A stretch of 64,000 nt of DNA from an uncultured Gammaproteobacteria bacterium (GCA_964355175.1 CAYHBZ010000002.1:204537-268536), one strand, 5' to 3'. Shown: positions 50,251 through 60,010, counted from the first letter of the stretch. Notes: generated by a model from the letters alone, not told the origin. A program made the numbers and translations.

Positions 50251-50445
50251 TTAGCGGTTAATTAAAGTCTGGATACCAAGGTTGAACATATAGTCGAGCG
50301 CTGTGAAAAACAAAGCGACGCCTACGCTCAAAGCCACCACAACTAGGCTGTAGTTGATAGTCTGCTGTTTGGTTGGCCAGGTGACTTTCGTCATTTCGGC
50401 ATAAGAGCCGAGCAAATAATTTTTGATTTTACCAAAAATGTTCAT
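50251..50445 (-). CDS. secE: preprotein translocase subunit SecE
   Basis: 64 aa single TM, position immediately upstream of nusG. Confidence 0.8.
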   Translation of the reverse strand: MNIFGKIKNYLLGSYAEMTKVTWPTKQQTINYSLVVVALSVGVALFFTALDYMFNLGIQTLINR

Positions 50446-50622
50446 AAATAAGGGTTATTTGGCTAATATTAGCCAAAGTTAATATTTTTTGATTTTTAAA
50501 ACAGCCTTGCGGCTGATTTATGTTCTTATAATATCATAAATATGGTAAAAGTCAATAGCGGGTATGCACAGGGTATTTTGGCTAATATGAGGGATTTATT
50601 GGAATTTATCGCTGTAAACCTC

Positions 50623-50651
50623 TTGACAAGAATGCCTAAAAGTAGTATAAT
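50623..50651 (+). promoter_or_regulatory. consensus sigma70 promoter TTGACA-N17-TATAAT
   Basis: perfect hexamers, 17-bp spacer. Confidence 0.55.
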
Positions 50652-50657
50652 TATCTG

Positions 50658-50777
50658 TTATTTAAAAATAACACAAATACCCAAGTCGTGCCTACTGTTA
50701 CTTTTTTAGAGAGAAGTAAACAATTGGTCTGGTGTATTGTTGTATATAAACTCTCTCTAATCGGAGAGTTTTTTTAT
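50658..50777 (+). ncRNA. candidate about 120-nt small RNA (promoter to intrinsic terminator CTCTC-TAATCG-GAGAG + T7)
   Basis: consensus promoter followed 100 nt later by hairpin + U-run; no ORF. Confidence 0.3.
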
Positions 50778-50780
50778 TCT

Positions 50781-50822
50781 GTTCTTTACAAAAGATATTG
50801 AGTCGATACTAAACAAAGAAGA
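50781..50822 (+). promoter_or_regulatory. island promoter module GTTCTTTACAAA (first of four TTCTTTACAAT-type copies)
   Basis: motif repeated at 52055, 54416, 55792, each upstream of an island gene. Confidence 0.45.
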
Positions 50823-50943
50823 ATCTTTGCTTGGTATCGGCTCGGTGTCCAAGATCAACGCCGGGCCACAGGTGTGGCAATCTAAAGTCGCAAAACGCGA
50901 CAGGTTTCGACCCCACCTAGTGGGTCTTGTGTTGGAGTACATC

Positions 50944-51279
50944 ATGAACTGTGCTATCCTGATTTCCCTCGTCGCCTTGTTCTGTATCGTGATCATCATC
51001 CGCGCCAAGGAATTTTCATGGCATGCATACGGCCTGGTGCTCGCCGTTGAGTTCGTCGCGGAAATCTTTCGCGAGAACAACAAGATCGGGGACACCGCCG
51101 AGAACGCCATGTTCTGGGCGGCCATGTTCGGTCTCCTCGTCCCGCTTTTCTTGGCGGTGTGGTTTCGTACTGGCAAGAAGGCCGGTCTCACTCCTCGCGA
51201 GCGTGGCCTGGCACTGGCGGCTAATGCTGCCTTGGCAGATAAGGATGCCAGCGTCCATTCCGACAGCAGGCGTCTCTAG
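50944..51279 (+). CDS. GC-rich small 3-TM membrane protein, paralog A
   Basis: SD GGAG before ATG; paralogous to 51565-51894 (shared R-x-KEFSW-x-A...LVLAV-FV core); upstream part of the 50827 ORF is hairpin-dense and probably 5'UTR. Confidence 0.5.
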   Translation: MNCAILISLVALFCIVIIIRAKEFSWHAYGLVLAVEFVAEIFRENNKIGDTAENAMFWAAMFGLLVPLFLAVWFRTGKKAGLTPRERGLALAANAALADKDASVHSDSRRL

Positions 51280-51287
51280 TAGGTTTA

Positions 51288-51367
51288 GGACTTTGCCTGC
51301 GCAAAGCGCACAGATTATCAAAGGTTGAGCTAGAAAAAGTAGCTCCTGATGATATCTGAAAAAGTCT
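51288..51367 (+). ncRNA. structured RNA motif A (GGACUUUG ... CUGAAAAAGUC closing helix with two internal hairpins)
   Basis: paralogous to motif B with compensatory changes in internal hairpins. Confidence 0.45.
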
Positions 51368-51478
51368 ATCCCCAAGTGTCTGAAGGGCGAAAGTCGCCCA
51401 ACATTACGATGACAGTCGTAATGATTATCAACACGAAGTGAGGGATAAAAAATCCGAAGCGCTGTCACGCTTCGGAAC

Positions 51479-51528
51479 CCTGTCTGCGAATTTTGTTCGC
51501 ACTGATGAGTCCTTTAGGACGAAACAGG
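51479..51528 (+). ncRNA. hammerhead ribozyme, type III (copy 1)
   Basis: CCUGU-C|UGCGAA-UUUUG-UUCGCA-CUGAUGA-GUCC-UUUA-GGAC-GAA-ACAGG: complete catalytic core, GUC cleavage triplet, stems I/II/III. Confidence 0.85.
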
Positions 51529-51564
51529 AAAGATCTTTCACAAACGGCGCGTGCGCCTTATAGG

Positions 51565-51894
51565 ATGGATGCTGTCATGGTCATGCATGGTTTTTTCGTT
51601 GAGTACGGGTTCCTCGTGCTCGTCTTCATGGCGGTCTTCTGTGGGATCATCACTTACCGTGGCCGCGAGTTTTCGTGGCCGGCGTTTCTGGTGCTTCTTG
51701 CGGTGGACTTCGTGGTCAGCTTTTTTCAGAATCGAGAAGAGGCCAACCTCATTTTCGCCTGGGATTTTCTGGCCAACTGGACGGTTGTGATCGGGATCAT
51801 GGTCCAGATCGGCATGGGACTTTGGTTCAATACACATCCTCCTCGTTGCCCGAAATGTGGGTATAGCCTCCATTTGAGGCCCCCACCATCGTAG
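51565..51894 (+). CDS. GC-rich small 3-TM membrane protein, paralog B, ending in C-x2-C
   Basis: start at MDAVMVM after the ribozyme; C-terminal CPKCGY. Confidence 0.5.
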   Translation: MDAVMVMHGFFVEYGFLVLVFMAVFCGIITYRGREFSWPAFLVLLAVDFVVSFFQNREEANLIFAWDFLANWTVVIGIMVQIGMGLWFNTHPPRCPKCGYSLHLRPPPS

Positions 51895-51899
51895 GTTTT

Positions 51900-51987
51900 G
51901 GACTTTTCCTTCTCGAGTAAAATCGAGAACAGTATTGCAGACAGTTGAGACGATTAAATTCGCTCCTGTCGGGATCTGAAAAAGTCC
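51900..51987 (+). ncRNA. structured RNA motif B (GGACUUUU ... CUGAAAAAGUCC closing helix)
   Basis: same architecture as motif A; hairpins TCTCGAG-TAAAA-TCGAGA and GAGACGA..TCGCTC replace those of A. Confidence 0.45.
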
Positions 51988-52025
51988 ACAATCCCTTAGT
52001 TTCCAAAATTTGGAAATTGAGAGAT

Positions 52026-52046
52026 GAAAATCACTCTGTGGTTTTC
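52026..52046 (+). terminator. island hairpin module GAAAATCAC-NNN-GTGGTTTTC (copy 1 of 3)
   Basis: same hairpin at 54387-54407 and 56741-56762, each just upstream of a TTCTTTACAAT promoter or the island edge. Confidence 0.45.
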
Positions 52047-52054
52047 ATTAAATG

Positions 52055-52086
52055 GTTCTTTACAATTTATATCTACGCTAAAAAAT
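52055..52086 (+). promoter_or_regulatory. island promoter module GTTCTTTACAATTTA ... TAAAAAAT
   Basis: repeated motif. Confidence 0.45.
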
Positions 52087-52290
52087 AAATGGCCTCCGCT
52101 ATCTATATCTTTTTGTTTCAAGAAAATATAGACAGCGGAGGTCAAAGAGACAGCCGTGGTGAAGGTTGGGGCCGACGGGCCTCCATCCTCCTTATTAAGG
52201 GGAAAACAGGATGGGGGTCGCAAGTTGCGTCCCCAACTAAGTTCATCGCGGCGTTGACGGACGCCAAATTTCCAAGTTCCGGAGGATGCC

Positions 52291-54219
52291 ATGTTCAAGA
52301 ATTTCTTCAATCTCACGCTCTACACCAACACCTCCACCAAGGGTCCGATCGTCGAAAACTTCTTCCGGCGGATCGTCATCGCGATCTGCTGTCAGGGGAC
52401 CTTCGACTGGATCATGTGGTACTTCGCCTTGGTGTTCGCCATGCACAACAGCGTGCTGGCGGCCATCTTGGCGACGGTGATCGTGCTGGGCGTGGTCCAG
52501 CTCGACATCGCGATCGTGACCGCCGACGACAAGGATGTCAACGTGAAGCGGCGTTGGGCCAGCCTGGCCTGGCGTTTCCTCTTCACGTTCCTGGTCGCGG
52601 GCATCACGTCGGTGCCGCTCGAGCTGAACTGGTTTCAGAGTGAGATCACGCACAGGCTCGACGCCAAACAGAAGAAGGAGATCGACCAGATCCGGACGTC
52701 CGCCATGGTCCAGGAGAAGGCGCGCATCGACAAGGAGATCGAAGACGTCACCGCCCAACTGGCACACGAAGCGTCCTCGACGCAGGGCGCCGCGGTGGCT
52801 GACCTGCAGAAGTACGAAGGTGATCGGGCGGCGATACTGGCGCAGATGGTGACGAAGGAGAGCGACGAAGAGGCGGCGTTCCTGAAGCGAATCGATGATA
52901 AGGAGAAAGACGCGTACGAGGAGTCGGCTGGTAAGGGAGCGAGTGGCCAGAGGGGCTGCAAGGACTCATGCAGGCTGAAGCTCGGGCAGGCGAAACAATG
53001 GCGTGAGGATCTCGCCAACAAGAAGATCGCTCACTCCCAGGCGGTCATCGACTTCAACAAGGAAACCCAAGACCACCTCGTTTCGCTGCGCGCGAAGCGG
53101 GACACGACCACTGGCTCCAGCCTCAAAGACATGAAAGAGCAGTTGGGGGGGCTCCGCAAGGAGCGCAAGGACAAGGTCGAAGAACTCCGCAAGATGGACC
53201 CCGAACGGGTTGCCGACCTCTATGGCGGCAAATTCCAGAAGGAATTCGGCTTCCAAGACAGGTACGATACTCTCGAACAGATGCGTTTGGAAAGCTCGGC
53301 CGTCAACTGGGCAATCTGGGCATGCCGCGTCATTGCGGCCATCATGGGGTTTCTCGTGCTTGGTATGGCGCTCTCGGCGCCTACGGAAGTGAAGGAGTAC
53401 TTCTCAGTGGCAGCACAGGCGGAGGCTGGCGATCCGTACGCCAAGAAGGTCATGGGCATCATGGGCTACGAGAATTTCAAGGACGCCGCCCTGACTCCGA
53501 AGGCCCGCAAGGCTCTCGTGGAACTGTTCATGGTTCGTCAAGAACTGTGGGCCGTCGTGATGGAGCTGGAACAGCAACTGGTCAGCGTCGTCGTCCCCGA
53601 CGAACGCACCGGACTGTATCTGAGCAAGCTCCGGATCGAAGGTATGATCCATGCCATGTGGGTGCAGAAAGGCGCCGACGCGATGAAAAAGCTCGGCAAG
53701 GCTGAAGAAGAGGTGCGGCGTGCCGGTCAGAAGGTCCCGTCGTGGCCGACGGACAAGCTGGGTCAGGACCCGCGCCTGACCGACCCGTGGAAGATCGACG
53801 AACGGCGACTGGCCAGCTTCGGCTGGGAGTCTCCCGAGGAGATCATCACCGCGGGCAAGCTGGGTCTCAAGAATATCACTGGCCATCGCCTCATGCTGCG
53901 TCAGCGGCTCGAGGAGATGGAGGCGACCCTCCAGGAGAAGATCAGTGGCAACTCCACGGTCAGCTTCGAAGAGATCCGTCGCCATCAGAACCAGGGATAT
54001 CGCGAGAAGATCCTGCCGACGTTGAACGACATCCGGTCCAGCGAGGACGCCGTCCTCAAGGCGCACTTCGAGGTGCCCACCTGGCCGGATGACTTCGCCG
54101 ATCCGCGCGGTGGACTCTACCAGCGGCTCTGCCTGCTCTCGGAAGACGAGCTGCGTCAGCGCTATGACTGGAAGGGGATCGCCATGCCGGGACTGACCAC
54201 CCCGACCGCTACAGCGTAG
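52291..54219 (+). CDS. GC-rich 642-aa membrane protein: 3 N-terminal TM helices, about 230-aa coiled coil, 4th TM, C-terminal globular region (DUF4407-like architecture, tentative)
   Basis: SD GGAGG 5 nt upstream; TM and heptad-rich segments read from translation; 230-nt hairpin-rich 5'UTR. Confidence 0.6.
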   Translation: MFKNFFNLTLYTNTSTKGPIVENFFRRIVIAICCQGTFDWIMWYFALVFAMHNSVLAAILATVIVLGVVQLDIAIVTADDKDVNVKRRWASLAWRFLFTFLVAGITSVPLELNWFQSEITHRLDAKQKKEIDQIRTSAMVQEKARIDKEIEDVTAQLAHEASSTQGAAVADLQKYEGDRAAILAQMVTKESDEEAAFLKRIDDKEKDAYEESAGKGASGQRGCKDSCRLKLGQAKQWREDLANKKIAHSQAVIDFNKETQDHLVSLRAKRDTTTGSSLKDMKEQLGGLRKERKDKVEELRKMDPERVADLYGGKFQKEFGFQDRYDTLEQMRLESSAVNWAIWACRVIAAIMGFLVLGMALSAPTEVKEYFSVAAQAEAGDPYAKKVMGIMGYENFKDAALTPKARKALVELFMVRQELWAVVMELEQQLVSVVVPDERTGLYLSKLRIEGMIHAMWVQKGADAMKKLGKAEEEVRRAGQKVPSWPTDKLGQDPRLTDPWKIDERRLASFGWESPEEIITAGKLGLKNITGHRLMLRQRLEEMEATLQEKISGNSTVSFEEIRRHQNQGYREKILPTLNDIRSSEDAVLKAHFEVPTWPDDFADPRGGLYQRLCLLSEDELRQRYDWKGIAMPGLTTPTATA

Positions 54220-54386
54220 ATAGAGTGGAATCGCTCAAGTGCACAATGTCGCAGACAATTTCGCGACACGGTGACGAAGAGCAATTCTCAAAGGGTTAGG
54301 ACGCCCTGGTCCGAGCAGTGTCGAAAGATACTGCTCGGACCAAAGTCCTTCACTTAGTAGCTAAAAATATTTGGATACTGAGTGAA

Positions 54387-54407
54387 GAAAATCACTTTGT
54401 GGTTTTC
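54387..54407 (+). terminator. island hairpin module GAAAATCAC-TTT-GTGGTTTTC (copy 2)
   Basis: repeat of 52026-52046. Confidence 0.45.
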
Positions 54408-54415
54408 TTAAAAAA

Positions 54416-54455
54416 GTTCTTTACAATTTAGGTTATGGTAAAAATTGATTTTCAA
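54416..54455 (+). promoter_or_regulatory. island promoter module GTTCTTTACAATTTAGG
   Basis: repeated motif. Confidence 0.45.
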
Positions 54456-54581
54456 ATCTCGTACGCTTTGTGAGCATATTTTTTGTGCTTAAAAAGCGTA
54501 CGAGATCTTTTCCGTAGCGCCAACAATTTCTCAAAGATGCGCCCGAGATGTTATCGGATGTGCTTAGGGAAAATTCCAAAG

Positions 54582-55646
54582 AGGAACCTGATGCCAAAAT
54601 TTTGGCTTCTCGTCGCTCTCGTCTGCGCCATTGGGTGTGGACGCGAAGAGCGTCGATTCAATCAACCCGATCCCGCTTCGGTCGAACTGCAGAATTCTAT
54701 CGACGAGCGTGCCAAGCTGGCGCGTGAGAACAAGGAATTGCGCAAGAAGCTCGAAGCGGCGCAGCAGGTCAAGAAGCCCGTCGAAGATGATGAGCGCCTC
54801 TGCACTCTGGAGTACGCCAAGGCCAAGGATCCTGGGAAACTCGAAGCCATCACGGCCAAGTGGGCGGCGGCAAAGGCGGAATACGAGAAGCAGCTCGCCG
54901 AGCGGGAGAAGAAGATTTCAGAAGCGGAATCGTTGCCTAGTGACCCGCTTCCGGATTTCCCCTTTTCTCCTCCTTTGAATTGGGACATCAGTGTGCCCAG
55001 TCCGGGCATGAAGGCCATTTATGGAGAGGATAAACTCTGCCATTTGAAGGAGGTGGCGCAAGAACCGTTCCGGTCTTTCGGCGGCACGAACAACCATTGG
55101 AGGATGTTTATCCGCGAGGCCATGGACAACTTCCAGGACAACGACATCGAAGATGATCTAGAGTACGACGACTTTCGGTCATCCGTACGGACCATCGAGA
55201 TGCTGAAGGATCCGGGCGAAGGTCGCCAACTGGCCGATAATCTTCTAAGCGTCTTGGTCAAGAGTCCTACGTCCATGCAGTGGGCGGTTGGCTTGATCTT
55301 GCGCCTGGAAAATCAGGACTTCTTGAAGGTGCGTCTGCGGCGGCTCTACAAGGCCTCCAAGACTGACTTCGCGAAGCTCGACGCTGACATGCTGACCGCG
55401 CTCGGAAAGTACATGAAGGAGCATCCCGAGATCAAGGTGATGCAAAACCCCGGGAGCGATGTTTACGGTCCGGAGTTCGACTTCGGCCCTTTTGCCCAGG
55501 ACGGCAACTACTACAAGGGTCTGCTTTTCCGGTATTGGCGCTACAAGGAAGAAGTCCAGGGACGTGGCAAGGGAGACAAGTTCATTCGTGATCTGCAGAA
55601 GACCATGAAGGAGGTGGCCAAGGGCATGAAAGTCAATTTGCAATGA
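54582..55646 (+). CDS. GC-rich lipoprotein (lipobox AIGCG) with N-terminal coiled coil, unknown function
   Basis: start MPKFWLLVALVCAIGCG; heptad region ARENKELRKKLEAAQQ... Confidence 0.55.
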   Translation, partial: RNLMPKFWLLVALVCAIGCGREERRFNQPDPASVELQNSIDERAKLARENKELRKKLEAAQQVKKPVEDDERLCTLEYAKAKDPGKLEAITAKWAAAKAEYEKQLAEREKKISEAESLPSDPLPDFPFSPPLNWDISVPSPGMKAIYGEDKLCHLKEVAQEPFRSFGGTNNHWRMFIREAMDNFQDNDIEDDLEYDDFRSSVRTIEMLKDPGEGRQLADNLLSVLVKSPTSMQWAVGLILRLENQDFLKVRLRRLYKASKTDFAKLDADMLTALGKYMKEHPEIKVMQNPGSDVYGPEFDFGPFAQDGNYYKGLLFRYWRYKEEVQGRGKGDKFIRDLQKTMKEVAKGMKVNLQ

Positions 55647-55716
55647 CCGAAGCGACAATCGTCGCGTCGGTCTGCGCCATAACCTCGTGGGGGCCGATGC
55701 GAAAGTGTCGGTCCCC

Positions 55717-55777
55717 GGAGTCTGCCGGTTTTGCCGGCACTGATGAGTCCAGAAATTTATTTTCAAGGACGAAACTC
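55717..55777 (+). ncRNA. hammerhead ribozyme, type III (copy 2)
   Basis: GGAGU-C|UGCCGG-UUUUG-CCGGCA-CUGAUGA-GUCC-(16-nt loop)-GGAC-GAA-ACUC. Confidence 0.85.
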
Positions 55778-55791
55778 AAGTATAATAAATT

Positions 55792-55826
55792 GTTCTTTAC
55801 AATGTAGGTTGTGTAAAATAAATTTC
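55792..55826 (+). promoter_or_regulatory. island promoter module TGTTCTTTACAATGTAGG ... TAAAAT
   Basis: repeated motif. Confidence 0.45.
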
Positions 55827-55970
55827 TTGAAAAAGAAATGCGAGTACAATGTTTATTTTTACAAGTAAATAATGCACTCGTATTTCCAAAAGATGTTGTC
55901 TAGTTGGCCACGATGGTCAGCTGTGCAAGCATCGCGAGATCCCTCACCAATCGGGTGAGAGGAGGGTGCC

Positions 55971-56558
55971 ATGGTTCGTGGTTTCTGGTTTCTGGTGGTT
56001 CTGGCGGTGCTGATGGCGAGCTGCAACGGCAAGGGCGAGCGCGAGAAGCGGGATCAGAAGACCCACGAGGAGCTGATGAAGGGGCTCGATGGCGAGAACG
56101 AAGCCTGGAAGAAGCTCCCTGCTGAACCGCTCAAGCCTGTGGTGAACGAGGGCTTGCTCTTGCGGCACTCGCGCCCCCAGCCGCGTCCGTGGGTGGATCT
56201 GCCAGGTATGGCGACGCCTGTGGAGCTCGCAAAAGCGGCGACGTTGCACGACGGGGAACCCCGGGATCTGCTGGAGACGGTCCACAAATCCGTCCATCCG
56301 TCAGAATTCCTGGAAGGCGACCCGTCCCCGTACCTGGAGTTCAATGTCAGTGATCGGGTGGGTCGTAGCCAATACAGCCTGAAGCGTATCAAGGTGCTTG
56401 AGCGGAGTTGCCGCGCTGAAACCGTGGAGAGCCTCGAGATGTGCTTGTCGGAGCAGATCAGCATCCTCCTCATGCATGTCGAGGCTCTCGAGAAAGAGAA
56501 CGAGCGTCGGCACAAGGCGACGGCGAAGCTCAGGAATGCGATCAAGAAAAAGCGTTGA
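55971..56558 (+). CDS. GC-rich lipoprotein (lipobox MASCNG) with C-terminal coiled coil/basic tail
   Basis: MVRGFWFLVVLAVLMASCNGKGE; C-term EALEKENERRHKATAKLRNAIKKKR. Confidence 0.55.
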   Translation: MVRGFWFLVVLAVLMASCNGKGEREKRDQKTHEELMKGLDGENEAWKKLPAEPLKPVVNEGLLLRHSRPQPRPWVDLPGMATPVELAKAATLHDGEPRDLLETVHKSVHPSEFLEGDPSPYLEFNVSDRVGRSQYSLKRIKVLERSCRAETVESLEMCLSEQISILLMHVEALEKENERRHKATAKLRNAIKKKR

Positions 56559-56639
56559 GCCGTGCGACGAAATTCGTCGCGAAGTTCACCTACAACCTCA
56601 ACGGGATCAGGCGCGCGAAGTACGCGTGTCTGGTCCCAA

Positions 56640-56700
56640 GGAGTCTGCCGGTTTTGCCGGCACTGATGAGTCCAAAGAATTTTGTCTAGGACGAAACTCA
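56640..56700 (+). ncRNA. hammerhead ribozyme, type III (copy 3)
   Basis: GGAGU-C|UGCCGG-UUUUG-CCGGCA-CUGAUGA-GUCC-(15-nt loop)-GGAC-GAA-ACUCA; stem I/III identical to copy 2, loop II differs. Confidence 0.85.
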
Positions 56701-56767
56701 AAAATAAAATCCTTTAGTCTCTGTTCGGAGATTGAGGGATGAAAATCACGCAAGTGGTTTTTGTCAA

Positions 56768-56812
56768 AACAAAAAAACCACCGATTCTCTAAACGGCGGT
56801 TTTTTGTTTTTA
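56768..56812. terminator. bidirectional terminator at island/gyrB junction
   Basis: ACCACCG-loop-CGGCGGT hairpin flanked by A7 and T6. Confidence 0.65.
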
Positions 56813-56816
56813 TTTT

Positions 56817-58904
<2,088 letters not shown>

Positions 58905-59052
58905 TTATTTGAAAATTCAAACTTATGAGGCTGATAACTGAAGAATATTTTATCATAGATACTCACAGACGACAAGGTTTGGAAAAAGGGCAAAAATGGG
59001 GTATAATATGTAGTGTCCTAGATTTCCGCGTTCGCGGAAAAGACAATGTGGT

Positions 59053-60009
59053 ATGCTCAATATTTATAATCAACAAAATCCGGATCGCGAAAATGGTGTC
59101 GCGCCTGGCGCGGTGCCAAAGAAATTACACGCTGACTTCAATAAATACGAAGATCCTAGCGGTGAATTTACTGCCGGCGAATTCAAACAGAGTTTGTGGT
59201 ATGTAAAGCACAAACTTTTATTGTATAAAATACTGGTTGGTTTTTTAATTGCCTGGATTGTGATTTTTGGCGGCTACGCTTTGATCACTTTGGCGGATTA
59301 TTTGATTTTTGGGATTGCCAGCGATATAAATTTGCACAAACAGCTTAGCAGTTTTCCAAATTATACCAATGTTCAGCCAAAATACGCGCCAATTCCTCTG
59401 CAAATACAAGGAGTGAGCTCTTTGCCGGGCGGCAGTACTTCTTTTGATCTGATCGCTCAGGTGGCCAATCCTAATAAAAATTTTATTGTCTACTTTGATT
59501 ATTATTTTGTGGCCGGCGAAGAAAAGACTCCGATTCAGCATGGATTTTTGATGGCAGGGGAGACAAAACCGCTGGTGTATTTTGGTATGAAGGGCGGCTA
59601 TCCCGGCGATGTGAATTTTGCGCTGGAAAATCTCACTTGGAAACGTTTGCGCGCTCAAGAAATAAAAGATCCTCTGAGTTTCCAAGCGCAAAGATTGAAT
59701 TTCACACCTAGTAATTTTAACTTTGTTTCTCAAGCGGCTTCGGATGGTCTGGCGGCCAATGTGATAACATTTGATATTAAAAATAATTCAGCCTACGGCT
59801 ATCGCGACGCGAATTTTGTGGTCGGGCTGATGAATGGCGGCGGCGGATTGTCGGCGGTGATGCCTCTGCTTTTGCGGGATTTCAAATCCGGTGAAACTAG
59901 AAATATTGATCTGCGTAATTTTGTATTAAATTTGCCGGTAGAAAGCATACAGCTTTTTCCTTTGATTGACACCTACAATAAAGACGTGTATCTTGCCCCT
60001 GAAAAGTAG
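59053..60009 (+). CDS. hypothetical membrane-anchored protein with extracytoplasmic domain
   Basis: single TM (ILVGFLIAWIVIFGGYALITLADYLIFGIA) then about 230-aa domain; no motif recognised. Confidence 0.45.
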   Translation: MLNIYNQQNPDRENGVAPGAVPKKLHADFNKYEDPSGEFTAGEFKQSLWYVKHKLLLYKILVGFLIAWIVIFGGYALITLADYLIFGIASDINLHKQLSSFPNYTNVQPKYAPIPLQIQGVSSLPGGSTSFDLIAQVANPNKNFIVYFDYYFVAGEEKTPIQHGFLMAGETKPLVYFGMKGGYPGDVNFALENLTWKRLRAQEIKDPLSFQAQRLNFTPSNFNFVSQAASDGLAANVITFDIKNNSAYGYRDANFVVGLMNGGGGLSAVMPLLLRDFKSGETRNIDLRNFVLNLPVESIQLFPLIDTYNKDVYLAPEK

Positions 60010-60010
60010 T

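Noticed and set aside
52243-56701. Many long reverse-strand ORFs inside the GC-rich island (for example 52243-52767, 53404-54066, 54662-55018, 55245-55766, 56054-56701)
   Set aside because: High GC suppresses stop codons in all frames. These lack starts with SD and overlap the coherent same-strand genes that carry signal peptides, TMs and coiled coils.
50780-56815. GC-rich segments as assembly chimeras or contamination
   Set aside because: There are five separate islands. Each is joined seamlessly to host-type AT-rich promoters and terminators, and the small ones are exactly gene-sized. This cannot be fully excluded without read-level data, so it is listed as a check under the findings.
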